From NCBI RefSeq assembly GCF_000002075.1, contig NW_004798003.1:3881-60419 (forward strand): a DNA stretch of 56,539 nt, read 5' to 3'. The stretch is from Aplysia californica. Lineage: Eukaryota. Made by a program: the position numbers and the translations under genes. Positions 46,476 to 56,539 of this stretch are shown here, piece after piece. The notes below the pieces were generated by a model, which was given only the letters and a program-made list of their open reading frames with translations, was not told the origin of the DNA and searched no databases. Every line of letters starts with the position of its first letter. The first letter of the stretch is position 1.

Positions 46476-49400
46476 GTCTGCTGTTATGGTTTTTTCTGTG
46501 TATACAGTGAAGATGTGGACACCTTAGGAGTGCACATTCTCCATTCTTTCTAGTACTAAAATTTCACCCTGAAATGAAACAGTCATGATATTTCTTTCAT
46601 CACCTGTTACACTACATGACGGTCTCTTTCGTACACTAGCACAACATCAGGGCAGTCTCTGCCTTTCATCATTGTGTTGGTGTTGTTATGCCACCGCCCA
46701 CATTTTCACTTTTTACCACCACACATTCCAGGCTGTCATTGTGACTGTGTTTTGAGTGGTCATATCAATGTTATTAATTAGATAGCAATAGAACTGGAAC
46801 ACCTCACCAAGGTTCTCCTTTTCTGTAATCTTCCTCTTCTTTCTTCTTCTTCATTTTGAAGTTGGGTCCTCTTGATTCTTGAAATAGGAGAGAGTAACTT
46901 GTTGACAAACCAAATAGGCCTAGGCCCTAGCCCTAGCCCTAGCCCTAGCAGAGTAAATCTAGAATCTAGATTTTAGATCTAGACTTACAGACTTCTAAGT
47001 AGGCTACTAAGTAGGCCTACTACTACTAACTTACTTTTAGTGAAATGCAGGCCTAAAAGGTTGAACTGAACACAGAAGAAAACATTGTTTTTGTTTGATC
47101 ACATAGATCTAGATTTATTTTGTTATCTTTACATATATTTGTACGGCAATGGTCTTGTTGAAATCCAGGTGATGGCACTGCTCAGTGGTTAGTGAAAGTG
47201 ATAGTGAGGTCAGGCTCACAATAACGTCTTGTGCGTGAGGTTGACACAGCGTTTTTGTGGGTGGTCACTCGGGTGTACCTTGAGCAACATATAAACCTTG
47301 CTTAAAAATAACAAGGCACTTCATAGTGGCATCGGCAATGGTGTTTGGATTGTCTTTATTAAATTCAGATTGTGAATTGATAAGGCTAGGGACTACTGAC
47401 TTCGGTGTTTAATTAATGTTGAATTGTTGAAGCATAAAATAGAGTAGCAACAAGTTAATAAAGAACCGTAACTGTCATTTTTACACCAATTTTGACAAAC
47501 CTTTGAGCAAATGTAATTTAGTCAAGGGGAACATCATCAGAAGTAAATCGATTTTTAAAAAGTCCCTGGAAAACATCAAGTAGGGCCTCTATAAAATTTG
47601 AAATTTCAGCCGAAATTGAAGAAAAGCAAAATTCACAACTTCCTAAAAAATCAACCATGATGTTTGTGCACTGTAGTACAAACAAATTGTCAGCAAACTG
47701 TTCAAATGTCTTTTAAGCTGAGAAAACAAACATTTTTTAGGAGCAAGAAAAATTGTTAGACTCTTAACGAATGAACCTCCTTACTTTTCTTACCCTTTTT
47801 GATTTTAGAATTTGAATTTTGACAAAACTGCAATTTAAAAAAAATGTTTAAAAATAAATTTTTGTCACAGTAGCCTATAATTTGAACAGCCAGCTGCTGA
47901 AATTTATTTCAAACTGACATCGCCTCACAAACTCAGGGGAGGCAATCACTTTTTGAAATATACGCTTCAGAAGTGTTGACCATTTCTCTCTGGACAAGCT
48001 TGATTAATTTGGACATTCTGGATAAACCCCGTTCATGTTTCTGAGTCAATTTATCTTGAATGTTCGGACACTTACACTCCAACAAGCACATCAGAATGTG
48101 TAAACCCCATTGCAGACACTGTGACTGCCACGAGGAGACCGTTGAACATCTTCTCCTTCACTGCCCAAACCTGGCAGCTCTTCAATGCTGGCTCTTACAC
48201 ACACCTACAGACTTACAAAGCCTGCTCTACTCTGTCGTTGACAAGGACATGTGGTTACTTGAGGGAGGCATTGCGCAGCCAAGAGCGAAATGCTCGTGCT
48301 AAAGGGATTTGAAAACAACAACATCTTGACTGTTCAATTTCTTGTTGTTTTCGTAGATTTTCTGTCTTTAAAAAAAAAAGGAAAAATTAAAGTGAACAAC
48401 ACCATTGCACTTTGAATGGGTCATATTTTTTTTTCAACAGTGTCTATGCAATGACACTTTTTTAAAACAAATTTATTCAAGTACAGATATAACACATAAT
48501 TATGATTTAGACTTTTACATTTTAAGAAATTGTTTTTACTCAGTTTCAGTTAAAATCTTAAGAAAACGATTTTTTTTTTCTTTTTAAACATATTTTTTAT
48601 TTCATGATCAAATTTGATGCACCCTTGAAGGAATTTTATGTTTAATTGTTTTGTTGATATTGGTGCTAAGATGACAGAGTTGTTGCCCTTAGCATTGTTC
48701 TTTTATTTTTAGACAGTGTATGCGTGCCATCGAAACAAGTTTAAATACAAATTTCCCAAAAAGCTCTTTGTTTTAAACAGAGATGTAAAAAGTTTTTGAG
48801 CCCCCCAAAAAAAATTAGAAAAAAATTGCCCGTTGGCGAAAAAAAATGCCGATTTCTTTGATTTCATTTTTTGGACAAGCACCTGATTTCACCACGATGC
48901 CTCACCTATTGTCTCTGCGCCAGCAAAATGGCTCTCAACTCATTTTTGCTACTTTTGAGAAAAATGGAATATAACTGTTCAACTAGTCTTTTATCATCTA
49001 ATAGTAGTAGAAAAGCTTGCCTTGCAAGTTTCTTTTGTGACTGCTTTTGTGCATTTTTATTTGGTTTTACCATAAGATAGAGTTATACACAGTACCACCA
49101 AACTAAGGAAAAGTCAAAATGCTAGTTCATTTTTTTCATTTTGGCACAGGCACAGCTATAAATGCCATTTTGCATGTGCTGTGACGATATTTTGTATCCA
49201 AGCAAGCATTGCATAAAGTATTGGATAGAACAGGCAGAGTGCTAGACTATTCCTGCTCTTCTATTTGATTTTAATGCTTCAGAAAGGTTAGCATTTAGTG
49301 ATCCAGGCTTAGTGGACACTTTGGACATCATGTTCATTTTGACTAAAACTTTCAGGTGTATTGTTAAAGATTAGAGGGGAGAGCGAGCTAGGGAGATGCA

Positions 49401-51608
49401 TCATAGCACGTTAACTGTAGTGTGGGTAAAGCGCTTTAACCTTCCTTGTAGGTGGTTGGCGGGTGCTCTGGTGTGGTTTGCTTCTTCTTTCTTATGAAAC
49501 ATCTATTGTCTTTATCTCCCCTTCTTCTTTTTTATGTTTATTACTCTCTTGTAACACCTCTATTCTTCTGGCGCTCATATGAAATGACCTTGTAATTTAT
49601 GCAGTTGCGAGCGCCGAAAAACCTACTCTACTAAAACAAACAAGAAGAGGGGAGAGCTAGGGAGATATATATCATCGCACGTTAACTGTAGTGTGCGTAA
49701 ACCTTCCTTCTGTCTAGACATGCGGAAGTGGGTGCTAGGTGTATGATCGAAGAAAGGTAGTGTAGTACTGCATTGGGTGATATCCATGGCAATGGTGTGG
49801 GAATTGTGTTTGTGTGCATCATGCGTATTTGCGGCTGTTGGAACGTGAAGTGTGTGCATCATGCGTATTTGCGGCTGTTGGAACGTGAAGGCTGGCTTTA
49901 CAGATCGGGAAGTGATTACACAAGAGGGGCAAGTGACATGCTTTGACCAATGATGGTTTCATTATCATGATTGTGATCTGAAATAAGAACAATGTTGTAA
50001 AAACAAAATGATATTAAAAAAGTTAGTTGTTAGGCTCATCAGCATTACTCTTTTCCTATCTCTTGATTAAACACTGAACAAGACACATCATTGCACATAG
50101 TAAATCTGCTGTCATTTTTATAAGTACAGTACAGTGTTGTTACCAAGCAAACAACATTTGCTTCAACTTCAAAGGTTAAAATCCTATCCGTACGTCGTGT
50201 TTTCCTATCGTATCCATATATGACGTGGGGAACTCCGTGCCCCCACTTTCCAAAGAGAAAATTTACTCGTTAATCTGATCCGTACGCTTTGCATAACAGT
50301 ATTAGCTGTCTGTCAAAATGATTTTTTGAGAAATACTGAAAGTTTCGAGGAGATCTTCGCACTAGAAGTATTCAAAAATCTGAAGAATACAACCCCTGGG
50401 GTACGAAATGACCCCAGGCGTACGGATATGAAGGAAGTTATTATAAAAATTGTATACACTTAAAAATATGAACTTGGGATGTTTGCAGAGTTTGATTTCT
50501 TGGTAACAACATTCAGTTTTTTGCTCAACTCGGTGAACTGAACACTGGCTTTAGGCAGTGCTGAGATTAAGATTTCTTCTCGCCAAAGTTTGCCAAGTCA
50601 CACTAAGTGTGAGATGAACAAGTTGATCAATAATGGAAATGAGAACATTTGATATGCATGCAGCTTTTTCAGTCACGGAAGCCAATATTAAACACTTATA
50701 ATAGACATGAAAGGTAGTAGAATGGTTTTCAAAGAAAACAAGGCTTGTATCATAAGTTTTTTTGTGGTTTTGTAGATCTTTGAAGTTCAATGTAGTTGAC
50801 TAGAAATAAACGGTTTTTGTTTTCAGTATTATTCTGTCCTTTGCTATCCCTCCTAGGGTGGTGGTGTTGGTAGCCTTGTCGTTAGGCCGCCGGACCTGTG
50901 ATTCGGGCTTTCAGCTCTGTCCGATGTTGTGTCCTTGGGAAAGGCACTTTACATGATTTTCCCAATTGGCCCGGTCCTTTTGGAGATGGACGTTAAAATC
51001 GGAGGTCCGGCCTCTTAAATCTCACCTTATAGTGTTGATTGGGGCATTAAACCTCTACACCATTTCAATTTCACCATTTCATCTCTGCTATACCTAGATC
51101 AAGAGGATCATGAGACTTGACAGATATACTTGTGTACAGTAAAACTCTTACTAAAACTAACATATATATATANNNNNNNNNNNNNNNNNNNNNNNNNNNN
51201 NNNNNNNNNNNNNNNNNNNNNNNNNNNNNNNNNNNNNNNNNNNNNNNNNNNNNNNNNNNNNNNNNNNNNNNNNNNNNNNNNNNNNNNNNNNNNNNNNNNN
51301 NNNNNNNNNNNNNNNNNNNNNNNNNNNNNNNNNNNNNNNNNNNNNNNNNNNNNNNNNNNNNNNNNNNNNNNNNNNNNNNNNNNNNNNNNNNNNNNNNNNN
51401 NNNNNNNNNNNNNNNNNNNNNNNNNNNNNNNNNNNNNNNNNNNNNNNNNNNNNNNNNNNNNNNNNNNNNNNNNNNNNNNNNNNNNNNNNNNNNNNNNNNN
51501 NNNNNNNNNNNNNNNNNNNNNNNNNNNNNNNNNNNNNNNNNNNNNNNNNNNNNNNNNNNNNNNNNNNNNNNNNNNNNNNNNNNNNNNNNNNNNNNNNNNN
51601 NNNNNNNN

Positions 51609-51647
<39 letters not shown>

Positions 51648-54600
51648 CCTCCCTCTCCCTCTCTCTCTCTCTATTTTCCTTTTTCCCTGCACTACTTAGT
51701 GACCTCTATTGTGTCGATATATATATATATATATATATATGCTTCTCTTTACTCAAACTCATTTATGTCCATCTGCGCTGTTTGCAGTGACTGTCGAGAT
51801 CTCCTCATCAAGCTGAAGAGGACCACGGAAGGTCTCCTGGCGGGCCAGTCTATGCAGGGTGTGTGGGGCACGTACGGCGGGCTGAGACGTGTGTGCGACG
51901 ACACCGAGGCCATACTGGGCCATCATGTCCGGGAGGATCAGGTAGTGCCTGTGACAGATCTCCTCAGTTTGTGCTAGGGTTTGTTGAGTGCATCATCACC
52001 ATATTGGTGGCGATGGATTGGACGTACTCTTAGGAAGGTCTAAGTGTCCCTTCTCCCAAAGAAAGGATGTGTCATCATGTCTTTTTTTTAACTTGACCAA
52101 TATCATAAGCATGGATTTGGAGTGCTTGACAGAAATGTATATCTAATTATCGGAAGTAAAAATGACACATTCTGTGTCGTTCTGGCAAACGGAGGTAAAT
52201 GGAAATGACATGGAGCGCGTCGTTCTGTCGGATAAGAGTTTAAAACTATAAATCTCCCCTCAAGTTTATTAGTTTGGGAAAACATGGACACAAAGAATGT
52301 CGAGCAGTTTTATGGCGTTGGTGGTGTGGTGGATAGGCTCTCGAACTCTCAACCGTAAGGCATGGGTTAGAGTCCTGTCAGGGGCCCAAGGTTGTGTCCA
52401 TGGGAAAGGCTCTGTGCACAAATTTTCTTCGCTTTACCCAGGTGGGAATGGGTTCCCGGCTATAGACAGTGAAAGGTCTTGTCAGTTTGTAAGTGTTTGA
52501 GCAAGTGCAATCTGAAGCTTGCACTGCATATGTCTCTGAAACCTGAGAATATTTAAATTTCTTGGTATTCTATTGTCTCCTGGGGTAATAATATTGTAAA
52601 GCACATACAGCATGCTGTAGAGCATGAATATATATTATTTAACGCATATAATATATGCGTTAAATAGATGCAATTATTATTATTTTTGGGTAGGTGGTCA
52701 CAGCGGTGTAATTTATGCGACAGTTAAAAATTTTCTTGTGGACCTGACAGCTGAGAACGTTTGTTTTGCCTGTCAGACCTTTGAGGTTCAGCCCAGTTTT
52801 TCTCTATTCGTTGCTGATCGCACGAAACTCCTGAAGAAAATAGTACAGTAACATTGAGCTAGTGATGAGATGTGTGTGTATTCTTCCTCTTCTTCGTGTG
52901 TCGGGTCTGGAGCAGAAAGCGATGATCATGGTACCGCATTCTTTCCTGTCATCTGTGTCTTCTTGGTCAGCTCAGTTTTTCTCTTTGTGTTATTCGTTGC
53001 AAAGTTGTTCGGGTCATCTGTGCATGTTGTTCTTTGTCTTCCTCTGATTTGCCTTTATTTTTCCACACAGCAGCAGTTTCTATAGTCTGTTTAATCTATT
53101 TATGTTGCCAAAAAATCTTACTTATCTTTTTCTGATGGGTCTATAGACCTTTCATAACCACATAACCAGCCATTTGGAGTACTTCTCTTTGTGTGTGTAT
53201 ACAGAGGACAAAAATTCATCGTAACTGGCTGGGTGTTCAGAATGCTCCCTCACACTCACAGTGCTTTTTGTGGATCGTAAATCAAACCTGTCTCTTTTAT
53301 CTTTAGTATATATTGTACTTGCTCCAACATCATTGTCTGGGGGAGGTTGGCGGGTACTCTGGTGTTATTTGTTCCTTTTTTCCTATTAAACATCTATCGT
53401 CCTGACCTGCGCTCCTTATATTTAAAAAAAAAATCTTTTCTGGCTTTTATGAAACATTTAGAATTTAAGTTTTCTCAAAATGTCTTTCAGGAGCATATAA
53501 ACAATAACACGGATGAAGAAACTGAAGAAAAAAAAAATTGGGTCAAGAACAGGAGAACAGCTGGTGGAGGATGTGTAATGTTTTTACTGCAACATTCTCA
53601 TCTTTAAAAAAAAATTGGGAATGTCTTTTCTTCTCTAACATTTATTGTTCTAAAATAAGACATGAATAAAAAACAAAAACAAAACACAAAATAATAAAAA
53701 GAGAAACAGTTGTCCAGGGTGAGGTCAATGACCTTTGGTGAGAGTGGAGAGAACTGTGTCATGTACAGGGTAGGCAGCTGGTTCTACCTCTGATCTTTGG
53801 GTATGAATAATGGGGAATAAACGAGACACTGAACCCGTGACTCAAAGGTGGCCTTGTGTGTGGAAAGTTGGTATTGGCGGTCGAGGTCTTGGCGTGGCTC
53901 TCTTTCTCTCTTTTTGATGAACTGTTTTGATAAAGCTTCACACAAATGAGGTTGGTTTTTTTTGGTTTTTTTATGAACATATGAAGTGGAAATAGCTCAA
54001 GTTTCATTAGAAGACTATAATTCTCTGTGAGGTCATTTTCAGGAGAATTTATGACAAGTGGGTAAAAGAGAATTTATCATGGTCTGATGACTTCTTGACT
54101 TCTTCTTCACATTGTATTTGTGGTCGCTTTTAAGGACAGGCGGGCCAACCCAGGTTTCATGGATTTCCAAAAATCTTGACCTACTCCAAAAGCAGGCTTT
54201 GCCCTACCTATAGGAGAAGTTTGGTTTCATTATATATGTAAATATAATATATTCATTATTTGTTAGGTTATAGAGAAAACTCTCCTTGTCTTTTAAAGAA
54301 ACTGAACAAGGGACAAAAACTTTACCTTCGATTTTCTCGAAACAGCTTTTTTCGGGGTAGTCCCCTTGTGCTTAGAAGTGATCATATACAGTTAGTACTA
54401 TTTTACACGTGAGAGCCAAAAACGGATATTGTTATCAGGAAAACAACATTTTCGTGAAAGGTAATTATAAGGAAGCTATTATCAAAATTGTATTCTTAAA
54501 AATATTGACTTGGATTGTTTGCAAAATGTTTGTTTTCTTTAGCAACAATGTTCAGCTATAAAAGTACATCTGAACAGCCTGTCTCCGAAATGATTTAGAT

Positions 54601-54933
54601 TGTGTCAATGGGGTATGTAAAAACTTTAGAAAATTGATTTTTGAATTATTGATTAATAATTAATTAATTAAAATTTTATCTTTTTCTCGATGCTCCCCCA
54701 GGCCAGCAGCGCATCGGAGGGCAACTACTGGGCTTTTGTGCAGGGGCTCAAGTGGCTGAGCCCGAGCCACGCGCCAATCATTGAGCGCCTCTCTCGACAC
54801 ACAGGGCGACAGCGGGGCCAATATGCCGAGGTCGGGAGGGCGTGGCTGCAGGACAGTGTGCAGGACCACTCCCTCATCTCACAGCTGGACATTCTACTGG
54901 CCAGCCCGGAGCATCTGCATACATTCTACTACG
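46447..54933 (+). CDS. RUBCN: Rubicon (RUN domain Beclin-1-interacting protein), 5' part: join(46447..46475 tentative,51788..51941,54702..54933,...), continues beyond the window
   Basis: LLIKLKRTTEGLL..VWGTYGGLRRVCDDTEAILGH..DQ / NYWAFVQGLKWLSPSHA..AWLQDSVQDHSLISQLDILL..TFY aligns by recall with the Rubicon RUN domain (LLGNLKTTVEGL..VWSKYGGLERLC..DQ..DYWQFVKDIRWLSPHSA..LWLQHSLQYHCLSAQL). Confidence 0.88.
48060..48320 (+). mobile_element. I/Nimb/Ingi-type LINE C-terminal fragment
   Basis: CCHC knuckle CRHCDCHEETVEHLLLHCP. Confidence 0.65.
49448..49645 (+). mobile_element. Family B short retroposon copy
   Basis: Colinear with the other copies and flanked by a long imperfect duplication. Confidence 0.85.
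49811..49890 (+). repeat. Perfect 40-bp tandem duplication
   Basis: TGTGTGCATCATGCGTATTTGCGGCTGTTGGAACGTGAAG occurs twice in tandem. Confidence 0.95.
50861..51060 (+). mobile_element. Chimeric SINE: tRNA head, CORE-like block, Deu/Nin-like block
   Basis: gtgtccttgggaaaggcactttac followed by ggacgttaaaatcggaggtcc. Confidence 0.55.
51788..51941 (+). CDS. RUBCN: RUBCN internal exon (start of RUN domain)
   Basis: Acceptor tttgcag, DCRDLLIKLKRTTEGLL..VREDQ, donor GTAGTG. Confidence 0.9.
52312..52684 (+). mobile_element. CORE-like SINE copy (diverged)
   Basis: Colinear with the reverse complement of 14937-15297. Confidence 0.75.
52880..53085 (-). mobile_element. RTE-like LINE 3' fragment with (GAA)n tail
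   Basis: Minus strand ..KIKANQRKTKNN / GRQRTT.. remnant resembling the RTE end inserted in gag. Degenerate. Confidence 0.55.
54121..54378 (+). repeat. Dispersed ~230-bp repeat, second copy at about 56002-56228; possibly a TTAA-flanked (Kolobok-like) MITE
   Basis: Colinear copies. The 56-kb copy has ttaa-ggacaag ... cttgtgc-ttaa ends. Confidence 0.6.
54702..54933 (+). CDS. RUBCN: RUBCN internal exon (RUN domain)
   Basis: Acceptor ctcccccag, ASSASEGNYWAFVQ..HLHTFYY, donor GTGAGT. Confidence 0.9.
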
Positions 54934-55114
54934 GTGAGTTTTTTTCTCTATTTCTTGCTCAAACCCAGGGATTGAAATTTTTTGTTAGTTTTTTTCTTTT
55001 TTAAACTTGGCAATCTGTATTTCAGACTCGAACCCAGTGATAAAAATCTACAAAATTTATCCCACAGACAGAGGTATCTGTAAAGCCTCGTCTATTTCAT
55101 TATGGAAACTTCGT

Positions 55115-55531
55115 ATAATAATGATTATAATAATAGATTACATTTATATAGCGCTCTATCCCATGCGAGTTTATTATGAGCTCTGAGCGTTTTACATGGA
55201 TGACATGATCACTAAGCGTGATACTTCATTTACGCAAAATAAAACATTTCACAGTAACAAGAAAGCCATTTCAGCCACAAAAAGAAGAACTTTCTCAACC
55301 ATACATTAATAATACATGTAAGGACAGCTGTAAAAAAAACCCAAACTTATCAGCATTTACTAAAGCGCCACTACTAAGAATTAAACAAATGAGTTTAGAG
55401 CAGTCGCTTAAATGTATTAGTATTAATAAGAATTTTGTTATTTCTCTGAGGTCTTCTCTGAGCAAGGAGTTCCAAATTTTCGGGCTAAAAAATGAGAGAC
55501 TTCTCATACCAAAGGATTTTTGAATTGTCAT
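55115..55531 (-). mobile_element. L2-clade LINE 3' fragment
   Basis: FGMRSLSFFSPKIWNSL, then an L2-type tail (gagcgctatataaatgtaatc plus tatt repeats). Confidence 0.7.
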
Positions 55532-55688
55532 TGATATGTGTTTCGTTTATAATTCATTCTGTTTTCTTGGAAGTCTCGCTTAATAATAAAACGTGTATGC
55601 TTTACGTGTTGTGGGTCAAAGACCTCAAACATTGTGTAAAATACCTATCTACCTTCCCATCTTTACTTTGCTCCATCATGCCTTGTCC

Positions 55689-55866
55689 GTGGGTAGTTGG
55701 CGGGTGCTCTGGTGTGGCTTGCTCCTTCTTTCCTGTCAAACATCTATCGTCCTTATCTCCCCTCCTTCTTTTTTGTATTTGTTACTCTCTTGTAACACCT
55801 CTAATCTTCTGGCGCTCATATGACCTTGTGCAGTTGCGAGTGCCGTAAAACTCTTACTAAAACTAA
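55689..55866 (+). mobile_element. Family B short retroposon copy
   Basis: TSD ATGCCTTGTCC at 55678-55688 and 55867-55877. Confidence 0.85.
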
Positions 55867-56539
55867 ATGCCTTGTCCTACAAAGGTGTAGTGATCGGTTG
55901 AGTCGACAGTGCAAGTGTATGTATCAGTCTTGCCAGATGTCCTGAAATTTTGGGGACTGTCCTCGCCTGGATTCAGCAGTCACAGAATTTGAGAAGACAT
56001 TTGGTCGCTTTTAAGGACAAGTGGGCTAATCCGGATTTCGGGGGTTTCCAGAAATCTTGACCTACACCAAAAGCGGGCATTGCCCTACCAAAGGAGGTGT
56101 GTATATTTGTTTGGATATAGGGAAAAATCTCCTTGTCTTTTATAGAAACTGAACAAGGGGCAAAAACTTTACCTTCGATTTACCTTCTCAAAACAGCTTT
56201 TTTTAGGATAAACCCCTTGTGCTTAAAAGCGAGCATTTGCTACACCACACGAAAATCAGTCCCACCTGATGTGATTTTTGATAGTTAATTTATTTATGAT
56301 GATGTAAAATGTACACAGGCAAGTACCATACATATACATAGATAATGTACAGAAATTCAACAACATGGTGTACACAGATTACACAATATCTAAGAACACA
56401 GAAGATATTAGACCTACATAGGCCTACACACTAGTGTTTTTCGCTATCATAGCTCACACAATATCTAGAAATCTTGGAACACAGTGGGGATGTACCGTAA
56501 AGGTTTCAAAATTGATCAACTGAAGCATAAGCAAGAACA

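Noticed and set aside
51108-51699. Long ORFs spanning N runs (also near 2.3, 6.1, 31.1, 40 and 44 kb)
   Set aside because: Artefacts of translating assembly gaps and microsatellites.
5616-54933. RNF7, PUDP, GT11 and RUBCN as a functional gene cluster
   Set aside because: The pathways are unrelated (CRL5 ubiquitin ligase, nucleotide catabolism, glycosylation, autophagy) and nothing in the sequence links them beyond adjacency.

Overview
Eukaryotic, intron-rich, AT-rich draft-assembly DNA with several N gaps. It comes from an invertebrate animal, probably a mollusc (inferred from the repeat content). Four host genes can be read from splice sites and protein motifs. RNF7/RBX2 (+, 3 exons, 5616-8884, 105 aa). 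PUDP/HDHD1 pseudouridine-5'-phosphatase (-, 5 exons, 23415-16057, 233 aa). A GT11 alpha-1,2-fucosyltransferase-like gene (+, one coding exon, 31671-32654). The first coding exons of RUBCN/Rubicon (+, RUN domain, about 46447-54933, continuing past the window). Most of the rest is transposable elements: a degenerate Ty3/Gypsy element (-, 1 to about 4280, tRNA-Trp PBS) with two nested retroposon insertions, a complete but pseudogenised Sola1 DNA transposon (26952-30622), RTE, L2, I/Nimb and Tc1 relics, Deu/Nin- and CORE-type SINEs, and several MITE families with readable TIRs and TSDs. The four genes do not form an evident functional system. The best unexplained signals are palindromic (TCTAGA)n arrays clustered at gene 5' ends, a ~180-bp retroposon with a fixed 5' end and no recognisable tRNA head, and one 3' stem-loop tail shared by several unrelated repeat bodies. 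All calls are by eye; no database search was run.
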